In this document: one piece after another, positions 10,081 through 20,000 of the stretch
Layout of the letters: the number at the start of each line of letters is the position of its first letter
Numbering within the stretch: position 1 is the first letter of the stretch
NCBI GenBank assembly: GCA_044229145.1
Contig: JBGATO010000030.1
Span: 1 to 44,806 of the forward strand
DNA from: Candidatus Eiseniibacteriota bacterium
GTDB lineage: Bacteria; Eisenbacteria; RBG-16-71-46; CAZEPH01
Reading direction: 5' to 3'
DNA: 44,806 nucleotides
Made by a program: the position numbers and the translations under genes
The notes under the pieces: model-generated
What the model was told of the DNA's origin: nothing
Seen by the model: only the letters and a program-made list of their open reading frames with translations
The model's database searches: none

Positions 10081-10639
10081 GTCTTCTCTCATGACCAGGC
10101 ACCGAGCGGGGGCTCGGATATGGCTGACGCGAATCGACAAATGGCGTGCGTGGACCGTGAACTGGGGAATGACCGGACTTGCGGAGACAGCGTTCGCCGC
10201 GGCAGCAGCGAACTGGTGGCCCGGAGTATGGAAGCTCCAGGGGCATCCGACAACCCCGAAAGCGTCCTCCGCCGGCGGCCTCCCGGGCGGCTGACCGCCT
10301 ACTGCGGCGGCCCGGCGTCCCGGGCATTGATCCCCGCGCGGCTGTTGTGCGACGGATAGGGTCCGGCTCCGCGGTCGGTCATGAGCGTGCCCTCCCTTAG
10401 TGGATGACGACGGACATCCGGGAGGGCTGCACGCCGCGTGCCGCCTGCCGGCTGGCCGCCGGGCCGCGGCTCGGGCGGGCACCGTCCGCACCGCTAACCG
10501 TTATCGTCCGTGCGAGTTGAATCCTTCTGCCGAAAGCGGCGCGTCCAGTGCGGCGCGGAGACGAAGACGGCGGCCGATCCGGCGTCGATGCGATTCGCCA
10601 CGCCGCTGCCGTGCAATTGGCCCGCGGGGCGTGGGACCT

Positions 10640-10668
10640 TTCGACGCGTGGCGCGCCGGTGCTAAGAT
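10640..10668 (+). promoter_or_regulatory. Putative extended -10 promoter for the aconitase-family operon
   Basis: TTCGAC-N17-TAAGAT, with TG at -15/-14 (TGcTAAGAT). Confidence 0.45.
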
Positions 10669-10747
10669 CGCCGCCATTCTCGCCTGCCGCGCCGAGCCTG
10701 GCGCCGCGCATCGCACGCATCACCTTCGTCCCAAGGATCCCATCGCG

Positions 10748-12772
10748 ATGATCGAACTGTTGCTGACCCGGTCCGTCGACCGGCTGCCGGAGAGCGTCCG
10801 CTTCACCGGCCGCACGCTCTACCTCACCGAGAATCCGGACTTCGTGCGTCGCCAGCTGGCCGGCGAGGACCTCGCGTGGAACGCGGCCGATCCCGAGCAC
10901 AAGCTGCGCGACGACATCAGCACCGACGAGATCACGCCGGCCTACATCTGCTACTACTACGACCAGCGCCTCGGCGAATTTCCCTACCTCGGCCTGACCT
11001 GCCGGGGCGAGGCGCCGATCACCCGCAACGCGGTGAAGAACGGCGGCTTCGTGGCGAGCGTCGCCGGCAAGCGCCGTGGCAAGGGCTCGAGCCGGGAGGC
11101 GTCGCCGTACGCCGAATTGCACGCCGGCATCCGCGTGGTGTTCGCCGAGAACTTCGAACGCATTTACCGCCAGAACTGCCAGAACCTCGGGCTGCTCACC
11201 TCGTCGAATTTCGCGCTGATCGAGAAGGTGCAGCGCGGCGAGGAGATTCCGCTCGCCGAGTTCATGGCAGATGCGGATGCGATCACGCGTGAGATCATCG
11301 CCTTCGGCGGATTGTTCCCGTTCAACGTCGCGCGCTTGCAAGGCAAGGTGTCGATTCCGCTGCCGCAGACCGCGCAGCGCGCGATGACGCTGGCCGAGAA
11401 GATCTTCGCCGCGCACTTCGTCACCGACTTGTCGACCGGCGCGGTGGGCGTGCCGGCCGTGAAGCCGGGCGACGCCGGCTTCGTGCGCACCGACATTCGT
11501 TTCAGCCACGAGTACGTCACGCCGATGGCGGCCATCATGTTCGACGAACTCGTCGGCAAGGACGGCACGGTCACCGACAAGGACTCGATCTACTTCTTCC
11601 GCGACCACCTGACGTTCCTCGCCGACGTGATGCCGGAGGAACGCAAGAAGGCGGGCCTGCTCGACCTCGCGTTCGACCTGCGGGATTTCCAGGCGGACTT
11701 CGCGAAGCGCCAGAACATCCGGCTGCACGGCGAAGTCGCGAGCGGCGGCAGCGAGGCAATCTGCCACTCGAAGATCTACCAGGACTACGCGCTGCCGGGC
11801 CAGATCATCGTCGGCTCCGACTCGCACACACCGCATTCCGGCGCGGTGGGCTGCGTGGCGTTCGGGATCGGCACCACCGATGTCTTCAACTCGTGGATCA
11901 CCAAGGACGTCCGCGTGAAGGTGCCGGGCACGGTGCAGTTCCGCGTCAACGGCACGCGGCCGCGCAATGTGACGGCGAAGGACTTCATGCTCGCCATCCT
12001 CGCGCATCCGTACGTCAAGAGCGGCCAGGCCATCGGCAAGATCATCGAATACACCGGCGAGGCGGTGCGCGCCCTCGACATCGACGAGCGCGCGACGATG
12101 ACCAACATGGCGGCGGAGGTCGGCGGCTTCACCGGCATCGTCGCGCCGGACGCCAAGACCGCGGCGTTCCTGGTCGCGCAGCGCGGCATGGACGCGGCGG
12201 AGGCGCAGGCGCTCTGCGACCGCTGGCAGCCGGACGCCGGCGCCGAGTACGAGATGGTGCTCGAGTTCGACGCGACGACGCTCAAGCCGCTGGTGGCGCG
12301 TCCGGGCGACCCGGGATTCGGTGTGGCGGTGGACGAGATCGGCGAGGACGTGCGCATCGACATCGCGTACGGCGGTTCGTGCACCGCCGGCAAGCGCGAG
12401 GATATGGACATGTATGCGGCCGTGCTCGCCGAGGGCGTGGCGCGTGGACAGCGCGTCGCCGAGGGCACGCAGTTCTTCATCCAGTTCGGCGCGCAAGAGG
12501 TGAAGGAATACTGTCGCGCCAAGGGGTACCTGGACGTGTTCGCGCAGGCGGGAGTCACGCTCGTCGATCCGTCGTGCGGCGCCTGCATCAATGCCGGGCC
12601 GGGCGCCAGCACGTCGAAGGAACAGGTGGGCATCAGCGCGCAGAACCGAAATTTCCCCGGCCGCAGCGGTCCTGGACAGCTGTGGCTCGGGAGCCCGTAC
12701 ACGGTGGCCGCTTCGGCCCTCGCCGGCAAGATCGTGGCGTGGGAACCGGCGGTGGCCGCGGAAGTCGGCTAA
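10748..12772 (+). CDS. Aconitase-family [4Fe-4S] hydro-lyase, swivel (LeuD-like) domain fused N-terminal to a LeuC-like domain
   Basis: Swivel motifs DDISTDEITP, GKGSSRE, FERIYRQNCQNLG, IIAFGGL. Then MTLAEKI, DH, ICH, GSDSHT, TMTNM, GGSCTAG, PSCGACI, NRNFPGRSG, SPYTVAASA. Confidence 0.9.
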   Translation: MIELLLTRSVDRLPESVRFTGRTLYLTENPDFVRRQLAGEDLAWNAADPEHKLRDDISTDEITPAYICYYYDQRLGEFPYLGLTCRGEAPITRNAVKNGGFVASVAGKRRGKGSSREASPYAELHAGIRVVFAENFERIYRQNCQNLGLLTSSNFALIEKVQRGEEIPLAEFMADADAITREIIAFGGLFPFNVARLQGKVSIPLPQTAQRAMTLAEKIFAAHFVTDLSTGAVGVPAVKPGDAGFVRTDIRFSHEYVTPMAAIMFDELVGKDGTVTDKDSIYFFRDHLTFLADVMPEERKKAGLLDLAFDLRDFQADFAKRQNIRLHGEVASGGSEAICHSKIYQDYALPGQIIVGSDSHTPHSGAVGCVAFGIGTTDVFNSWITKDVRVKVPGTVQFRVNGTRPRNVTAKDFMLAILAHPYVKSGQAIGKIIEYTGEAVRALDIDERATMTNMAAEVGGFTGIVAPDAKTAAFLVAQRGMDAAEAQALCDRWQPDAGAEYEMVLEFDATTLKPLVARPGDPGFGVAVDEIGEDVRIDIAYGGSCTAGKREDMDMYAAVLAEGVARGQRVAEGTQFFIQFGAQEVKEYCRAKGYLDVFAQAGVTLVDPSCGACINAGPGASTSKEQVGISAQNRNFPGRSGPGQLWLGSPYTVAASALAGKIVAWEPAVAAEVG

Positions 12773-12808
12773 GCGCCCCGCACGGTGGCGTATCTCCCGA
12801 GGACGAAC

Positions 12809-13912
12809 ATGCACTCACGGACGATGTGGAGCGCGATCGCGATCGCGCTGGTGACGACGGCGGCGTGGGCGGTGGCGGAGGGCACTCTGTCGGAGGTGCC
12901 GGGTTTGCGCGAGGAGGCTGCGCGCCTGGCGCAGAGCGACTCGCTCCGTCACCCTGACGAAGCCCATTTGCGCCACGTGCGCCAGATCACCTTCGGCGGC
13001 GAGAACGCCGAGGCCTACTGGTCGTTCGACGGGCAGTGGCTGTCATTCCAGTCGACGCGCGATGGCTATCCGTGCGACCAGCAGTTCGTGATGCGCGCCG
13101 ACGGCAGCGACCTGCGCCGCGTCAGCACCGGCACCGGCCGCACCACCTGCGGCTACTTCTACAAGGACGGCACCCGCGTGCTCTTCGCCTCGACGCACGA
13201 CGGCTCGAAGGACTGCCCGCCGGTGCCCGACTTCTCGCAGGGCTACGTGTGGGCGCTCTACCCGGACTTCGAGATCTACAGCGCGAAGACCGACGGCAGC
13301 GATGTGCAGCAACTCACGCACTCGCCGGGCTACGATGCGGAGGCCGTGGTGTCTCCCGACGGCAAGCAGGTGGTCTTCACCTCGATGCGCACTGGCGACC
13401 CCGAGATCTACGTCATGAACATCGACGGCTCGAACGTCCGCCGGCTCACCAATGCGAAGGGCTACGACGGCGGGCCGTGGTGGTCGCGCGACGGCAAGTG
13501 GATCTGCTATCGCGCCTTCCACCCCGAGACGCCCGAGCAGACCACGGACTGGGACGGTCTCATCGCGCAGAACAAGATCCGCCCGACGACGCTCGAGTTG
13601 TTCGTCATGAAGGCGGACGGCAGCGCGCAGCGTCAGGTAACGCACCTCAACGCCGCGAGTTTCTGTCCGTACTTCTTCCCCGACGGTAAGCGCCTGCTGT
13701 TCGCGTCGAATTGCGGCGACCCGCGCGGGCGCAACTTCGACGTCTACGCGGTGGATCTCGACGGCACGCACTTGGAGCGCATCACCACCGACCCGCAATT
13801 CGACGCCTTCCCGATGTTCAGCCCGGACGGCAAGACGCTGGTGTGGTGCGGCAACCGCCACAACGGCGGCACGCACGACACCAACGTCTTCCTCGCCGAG
13901 TGGGTGAAGTAG
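12809..13912 (+). CDS. Secreted TolB-like PD40 beta-propeller protein
   Basis: Signal peptide. QITFGGENAEAYWSFDG, repeated (S/F)PDGK and DGS...LT motifs, GYDAEA, GYDGGP, FDAFPMFSPDGK. GAGGA SD before ATG 12809. Confidence 0.88.
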   Translation: MHSRTMWSAIAIALVTTAAWAVAEGTLSEVPGLREEAARLAQSDSLRHPDEAHLRHVRQITFGGENAEAYWSFDGQWLSFQSTRDGYPCDQQFVMRADGSDLRRVSTGTGRTTCGYFYKDGTRVLFASTHDGSKDCPPVPDFSQGYVWALYPDFEIYSAKTDGSDVQQLTHSPGYDAEAVVSPDGKQVVFTSMRTGDPEIYVMNIDGSNVRRLTNAKGYDGGPWWSRDGKWICYRAFHPETPEQTTDWDGLIAQNKIRPTTLELFVMKADGSAQRQVTHLNAASFCPYFFPDGKRLLFASNCGDPRGRNFDVYAVDLDGTHLERITTDPQFDAFPMFSPDGKTLVWCGNRHNGGTHDTNVFLAEWVK

Positions 13913-13949
13913 CCGCCGCGCGGATGCTGGGCGCGTGCTGCGCGCAGTG

Positions 13950-15701
13950 ATGTCGTCCGGTGCGCGGACGCGGCCGCCGCGTCTCGCGCACTTGTCGTGG
14001 ATGGTGCCGCTGGCCGCGTGCTGGGCCGCTGCCGCGTGCCTCTACGCCGGCAATCTGCGGTTGCCGTTGCTCGGCGACGATTTCGGTTTCGCGCATCACG
14101 CGTTCACGCAGGATCTCCGTGAATGGCTGCCGACCACCGGCGGCGCGCCGTTCTTCCGCCCGCTCTCGCGGCAAGTGTATTTCGAGACGATGGGGGCGCT
14201 GTTTGGCGCGTCGCCGCTGCCGTATCACGTGGTCAACGCCGGACTCACGCTTGGCATCGCCAGTTTGCTGTTCGCGTTCGCATTTCTCGAGGCGGGGCCG
14301 GTGGCGGGAACGACGGCGGCGCTCGCGTTCCTCGCGCAACATGGGCTGAGCGTGGCGACCGGATGGGCGTCGTGCGCGCAAGATCTCCTCGCGCTCGCGG
14401 CCACGTTGTGCGCACTCCACGCTGCGCGGCGCGCGCGGTATCGCCGGGCAGCGCTGTACGTCGCCCTCGCGGTGTTGTGCAAGGAGACGGGGGCGATTGC
14501 CGCGGGATTGGTCGTGGCGGCGGCGTGGCAGTGGGCCGACGTGCACGCGCCGGCAGCGGATTGGCGCGCGCGGGCGCGGCACGCGGCGCTGGCGTGGCCG
14601 TCGGTGGCAGTGGTCACGGTGTGGGCCCTGCTCTACGCGCTGGTGTTTCGCCATCTGCCGGGCACCCCGCCGCATGCCGCGACGGTGGATGTGTCGTGGA
14701 CGCCGGACGCCATCGCGCGCGGCTTCGCCTTCGCGGGGGCCTCGCTGATCAACGCGGAGAATGGCCTCGGGGCGCGCGTGGCAGGACTCGATGCGCTACG
14801 CATGATCGGCGCGACGATATGTGCCGCGTTCGGCCTTGCGGCGGCGGGTCAACTGTCGCGCGGGTGGCGGCAAATCGTCGGGGCGCGGCCGCATCCGTTG
14901 CGCGACGGCGACGAAGGGTTAGTGGCCCTCGGCCTGTGGTGGATCGTCTGCGCGCTGCCGTTCGTGCTCGCGGTCGGGCACCGGCCCAACGCCTATCACT
15001 CGCTGCCGCTCGCGTGCGGCTTTGCGATCCTGCTGGCGGGATTGTTCGCGCGGCGGCGCTTCGCCGCCTCGGTGGTCATCGGCGCCTTGATCGCAACCGG
15101 GCCCCTCGCCGATGCGCGGCCGGTGCGCGGCGCGCCCGACCCGCAGCTCGTCACGTCGCTCGCCCACTTGCGCGGATGGAGTGGTTTCGTCGGCGGCCTG
15201 CACGATTCGCTCGCCGCGCACCATCCGCACGTGGCGCCCGGCAGTACTTTCGTGCTCGAGGGAGTGCCCGAACACGCGGCCGACGCGTTGCACGGAGCCG
15301 ATGCCGCGCGCCTGTGGTATGGCGACCCGTCGTTGCGGCTGGCGATGCAGCACCAAGAGGAGGTCCCGGCCGCGGGGGACGTCTATGTGGTCGCGTGGGA
15401 CGCGGCGGCCCGCGGTCGCTGGCGCGAATGGTCGCCAGCGCGGGTGGCGATGCGGCAGCGCACGCTCGCCGCGGCGCGCAGCGCGGCGTGGGCGCAGGCG
15501 CTGGCGCCCGGCGATTCGCTCTCGCTCGCGGCACAGTGGACGCGGCGCACCGATGCGATCAGCGCGGTCGCCTGTCTGCGTTTTGCGCGCGAGGCGGAGC
15601 GGCGTGGGGAGCGAGAGATTGCGGATTCGGCGCGCGCGGTCGCGGTGGCGTTGGATTCGACGGTAGCGCGGCGCGTCGGCGACGTTCTACCAAGCCGCTG
15701 A
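13950..15701 (+). CDS. Polytopic membrane protein, GT-C (PMT/ArnT-like) glycosyltransferase-like
   Basis: First TM followed by LLGDDF and FFRPLS. YHVVN, LCKETG, many hydrophobic segments and a soluble C-terminal part. Start uncertain (GTG 13935 or ATG 13950). Confidence 0.6.
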   Translation: MSSGARTRPPRLAHLSWMVPLAACWAAAACLYAGNLRLPLLGDDFGFAHHAFTQDLREWLPTTGGAPFFRPLSRQVYFETMGALFGASPLPYHVVNAGLTLGIASLLFAFAFLEAGPVAGTTAALAFLAQHGLSVATGWASCAQDLLALAATLCALHAARRARYRRAALYVALAVLCKETGAIAAGLVVAAAWQWADVHAPAADWRARARHAALAWPSVAVVTVWALLYALVFRHLPGTPPHAATVDVSWTPDAIARGFAFAGASLINAENGLGARVAGLDALRMIGATICAAFGLAAAGQLSRGWRQIVGARPHPLRDGDEGLVALGLWWIVCALPFVLAVGHRPNAYHSLPLACGFAILLAGLFARRRFAASVVIGALIATGPLADARPVRGAPDPQLVTSLAHLRGWSGFVGGLHDSLAAHHPHVAPGSTFVLEGVPEHAADALHGADAARLWYGDPSLRLAMQHQEEVPAAGDVYVVAWDAAARGRWREWSPARVAMRQRTLAAARSAAWAQALAPGDSLSLAAQWTRRTDAISAVACLRFAREAERRGEREIADSARAVAVALDSTVARRVGDVLPSR

Positions 15702-16895
15702 GCGCAGGGCCGCGAGGCGTTCGCCGCGCGATCCCGGCGCGTCGAGACTGAACGTTCGCGCATCGCCCAACTCCTCGCGCACGAAGCGTTCGGTCGTGCG
15801 AACCGCCTCGCGCAATGCCGCCGTGGGCTTGACGAAGGTGGCGTAGACGATCGCCTCTGCCGCCGCGTCGTATTCCCAGAAGCCCACCAGCCGCCCGCGG
15901 TCGACGATCATGTGATGCGGTGACGTTTGCAGGGTGGTGACCTCGGCGTGTTTCTCCGACGCGTAGACACGCACGGCGCGATTGGCGTCGTCCACGATGT
16001 CGTCCAGCGTCCAGCGCAGGTGCGCGACGTTGTCGAGCGAACCGACGAGCGCATAGTGCGCCTCGCGCGGCGGTTGGTACGCGAGCAGCGCGTCGCGATC
16101 GTCCGCGAACAGCAGGCGGTCGTCGCCAGCGGCGAGCGGTACCACGCTGGCGGCGTCGCACGCGGCGCGTGCCACCTTCACGCCGAATCCCGACCACGCG
16201 GCGAACGCCTTGGCGGCGGCCGGTGCCGCCCATCGGAAGTAGCGCCGCGCCAGCACGGTCGCGAGGGCGACGTCGTCCAGCGGGGCGCCGTCGAGTGGCG
16301 ACGGATCCCACAAGGCATAGGCGTATCGCTGCCCGTCCAGCCGGCCATTTGCCGGCACGCGACGGATGCGGCCGTGCGATTGCAGCCATCCGAGCCCGAG
16401 CGACAACGTCGTCGTCATGCCGCGCCTCTTGCCCGCGTCGCCCAGATGCCGAACCGCTGTGCCCGCGGCGAGCCTGATCGCCTGGGGATCGAGAGGTCCG
16501 TCACGCAGCACGCGCTCGATCGCGTCGCACAGGACGCGCAGTTCCTTCTCGGTGAAGTCGAGGAAGCGTGTGGCGGTGGAGATCGCGGCATCGTCGCCAT
16601 GCCCTTGCCCGGTGCGCAGGGCGAGCGCGTAGTCCGCCGCGGGAACGACGTAGGTGCAGCCGCGTGCACTCGGTAGCTCGCAGATGTCGCCGGCGGCCAC
16701 CGCGGCATCGATAGCGGCGCGACCATCGCAGCCGCGCGCGGCGAGTGCGAGGTACGGATTGGCGCCGCCGACCGAGCGCGCCCATCCGGTCGCAGCGAGA
16801 ATCGCGGCAGGAGAGAGCGGAGTCGAGGCGCCGACGAGCCGGTGGCGCTCGGCGCGCCACGCGCGAATGGTGGTGACAGGTGGACACGTGTGCAT
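15687..16895 (-). CDS. AlkZ/YcaQ (HTH_42) winged-helix DNA-glycosylase-family-like protein
   Basis: WRAERHRL N-terminus, PYLALAAR, ARGCTYVVP, LARRYFRWAAPAAAKAFAAWSG, IVDRGRLVGFW: the HTH_42 family layout. Confidence 0.75.
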   Translation of the reverse strand: MHTCPPVTTIRAWRAERHRLVGASTPLSPAAILAATGWARSVGGANPYLALAARGCDGRAAIDAAVAAGDICELPSARGCTYVVPAADYALALRTGQGHGDDAAISTATRFLDFTEKELRVLCDAIERVLRDGPLDPQAIRLAAGTAVRHLGDAGKRRGMTTTLSLGLGWLQSHGRIRRVPANGRLDGQRYAYALWDPSPLDGAPLDDVALATVLARRYFRWAAPAAAKAFAAWSGFGVKVARAACDAASVVPLAAGDDRLLFADDRDALLAYQPPREAHYALVGSLDNVAHLRWTLDDIVDDANRAVRVYASEKHAEVTTLQTSPHHMIVDRGRLVGFWEYDAAAEAIVYATFVKPTAALREAVRTTERFVREELGDARTFSLDAPGSRGERLAALRSAAW

Positions 16896-17043
16896 GTGAC
16901 GAAACTAACACGAGGCCCGCGGGTGTGTAGAGAGGTCGCGCCCCGTCACGCACGATTGCGCGTCCGTGCGATTGCATCGTATCCTGTGTGAACCTGTCTG
17001 CACGCACTCCGGCCGCGCTTCCCCGACCGCAGGAGGTGTCCCC

Positions 17044-20000
17044 TTGCGCCCCATTCGTCGTCTCCGTCGCGCTGCACTCCACGGCATGGCGCTTGTCGTC
17101 ATGATGCTTCCCGGATTCGCCGTTGCACGCGTCACGCAGTTGCCGCGCGTGATGCAGCCCGACGTGCAGGCGGACGGCGCTGCAGCCGGCGAGAGCGACG
17201 GCACCACGCGGATTCGCGCCTATGCGTACACCGGTTCCTGTGGCGGCGGTACGAAGCAGGCGCCAGGCTCGGGCACCTCGGCACCCACCGACACCTTCGT
17301 CTGGGGGCCCTACGATTTCGAGACCGGGTGGACGGGTTGGACTGCCGTCGACCTTACCGTCAACCCCAGCACGCTCGGCAATGCGCGCCTGCTCGACTTC
17401 TCGGGCAGCCGCGGCAACGGCACCGTATTCAGCGGCAAGGTGGCGTGGACCGGCACACTCGGCACCAATGCCTGCGGGCCGAAGGCGTGCTTCCCCGGCT
17501 ACGACAACAACACCAACCAAGTCATGTTCAAATCGTATGCGTCGGTGAGTCCCGGCGACTTCCTCTCCTACGCCTATCGCACCGACGCCGAGCCGGGCTA
17601 CGACTTCACGCATGTGATCGTGACCACCGCGGGCGCGCCGACGCTGCAAGGCGACGGATCCTGGATGCTCCCGACCTTCAGCGCCGGAGACACGCTGACC
17701 TCGTACACGTCGTATGCCGACGGCCTCGAAAGCCTCGACCTCTCGGCGTATGCGGGAAACGCCGTCACCGTCTACTTCCTGTCGCAGTCGGACGGCGGCT
17801 ACTCGGATGGCGACTGCAACTACAACTCGCTCGACGGTTTGTTCGAGATCGACAATCTCGCGGTTGGGGCGGAGTCCCCGGCCACCTTCGAGTCGGGGAA
17901 CGGTGGCTGGACCTTCGGCCGCGTCTCGGGCGTCGGCTCGTTCGCCACGCTCGAGGTGTCTACTAGTCTGCCGAACTCGGACCCGTGCCCGACGTTCTGC
18001 GGCATCACCGGCAAGTGCATCACGATCTACGATTCCGGCGATCCCAACTTCCACCGCGCCGGCCAGAACGAGCTGGTGCAGTCGCCCAGCATCCTTCTCA
18101 CGCAGAACCCCGCGCATCCGGTGGGATCGTACGTCATGCAATTCGACGTGTACGCCAACCTGCCGCTGGCGAACGGCAACTTCTATTTCTGGCACGTGCG
18201 CTACTCACCGGTGGAGATCAGCGACTGCTCGTGTCAGGACGCGGCGGACTGGTCGTCCTGGCTCGACGAGAACACGATCTACTATGGCGGCGGCGTGCCG
18301 GTGTGCACGACCGCGGCGCAGTTCGATGTCTCGGCGAAGATTCCCGGACACGCGACCAAGCTGCAGATGGCAGTCGGGGTGATCAACTATCCGATCTACG
18401 TGTCGGTGCCTGGCGGCAATCAGTCGCCGTACTTCGACAACATCTCGCTGCGGGCCGCCAAGGTGTCGGCGCCGGCGGTGGTGATGGGGCCGTGGGACTA
18501 CCTGCAATCCGCGTATCCCGACGCGTCGAGCTTCGCAACCGCCAAGAGCACCGCGGCCTCTGCCGACGCTGGACTCAACACCTACTCGCCCAACCGCATC
18601 CACACTCGGCTCGGCGATTCGACTGTCTGCTCGGTTGCGCTCTCGTGCAACAGCGATCAGAAGGTCGAAGTCGACTACATCTTCAAGGTTTCGCCGGGCC
18701 CGTGCATGAATACCGCCCATCCGTGGTGGGTCGCGTACCAGGCGCAGCCGAAGATCCCGAGCGGGTCACTCGCCGGATTCGCGGTGGCGCGCGCCGACAC
18801 CGCCCGCACTTCGACAGGCGCCAACTCGGCCTCTGCGGGATTCGCCACGTTCATGAGCTGCTTCAATGAGCTCGCGCCGGCGGCGGGCACCAGTTACGCG
18901 GCGCACGGCAACTGGTCGGCGTACACCGGCGGCGTGCAGGGTGTGAGCATCTTCCCCGACGATCTCTTCACGCCCGGCACGCAAATCTGGTGGCTGGTGC
19001 ATTCGACGTACATCCCGGTGAAGACGAACGGCGACTACTATCTGCCCGACCTCGTTCACGGCAACGGGGACGACGACCGCCTCGGCGATCAGACGGGTAA
19101 TCAGCGCTGGTTCAGCGCCGGCGGCACCTACGATCCGTGCGCGGTGCACGCCGAGCTCTATCAGGTGTTGCCGCTCACCACGCAAGACGGCAACACGTCC
19201 GGATGCGCGTCGGCGCAGGCGGCGCACTGCTTCCTCTACGTCGACAAGACCGATCAGCGCGGGCCGCAGTACTCGATCGAAAATGCGTTCCGGAATCTCT
19301 CGATCGCGTGGGATCGCTACGATGTGCGCGCGTCGACGTCGTCGATGGGCAACGATCTCGGATCGCGCTACACGCCGGCCAACTATCCGCTCGGCCACGC
19401 GCCGGGTCCGCTGCCGTCGCTGGTGAATGAGGTGTACTCGGCGATCTTGTGGCAGACCGGCGCGCTCAACAGCACCAACTTCTCCCGCGGGTCGACAGCC
19501 AGCGGCGCCGACGCCGGCAATGCGATCGGCTTGCTACAAGACTGGCTGGTCACCACGTCGACCGGCAAATACCTGTGGGTCAGCGGCGACGGCAACTCGC
19601 GCTTCCTCAACGCCACCGGCAATCGCCTCACCTTCCTCAACACCGTGTTGGGCACCACGTACAGTGGTCCGCAGTATCGCGACAAGAACACGGCGTGGGG
19701 AGTGAACCTGACCGGCCTCGGGCCCGATTGCACCAGCGGTCTGAACTACGCGCTGCGCGGCAACTGGTGCCCGCAGCGCCGCTCGTATGCGTACGTGACG
19801 AAGTACACGGGCGGCGGACTGTACGGTGTGGCAGTGGAGAACTTCAAATATCCCGACGCCTCCGGCACTTGGTACGCCAGCGTGCAGCAGACGGCGAGTT
19901 CCGGCAGCTACAACTTCCGCACGCAAAACGACTGCTGGTCGCTCGAGCAATTGCGGCAGTCGGGCGTGACGTACGGCGGCGTGAACAACAACGCCAATGT

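Noticed and set aside
10397..12814. 805 aa antisense ORF, and similar long antisense ORFs (2311-4149, 25254-27728, 27968-30448, 35346-38447, 40494-42530)
   Set aside because: They mirror well-supported genes, have no motifs, and are expected from stop-codon scarcity at high GC.
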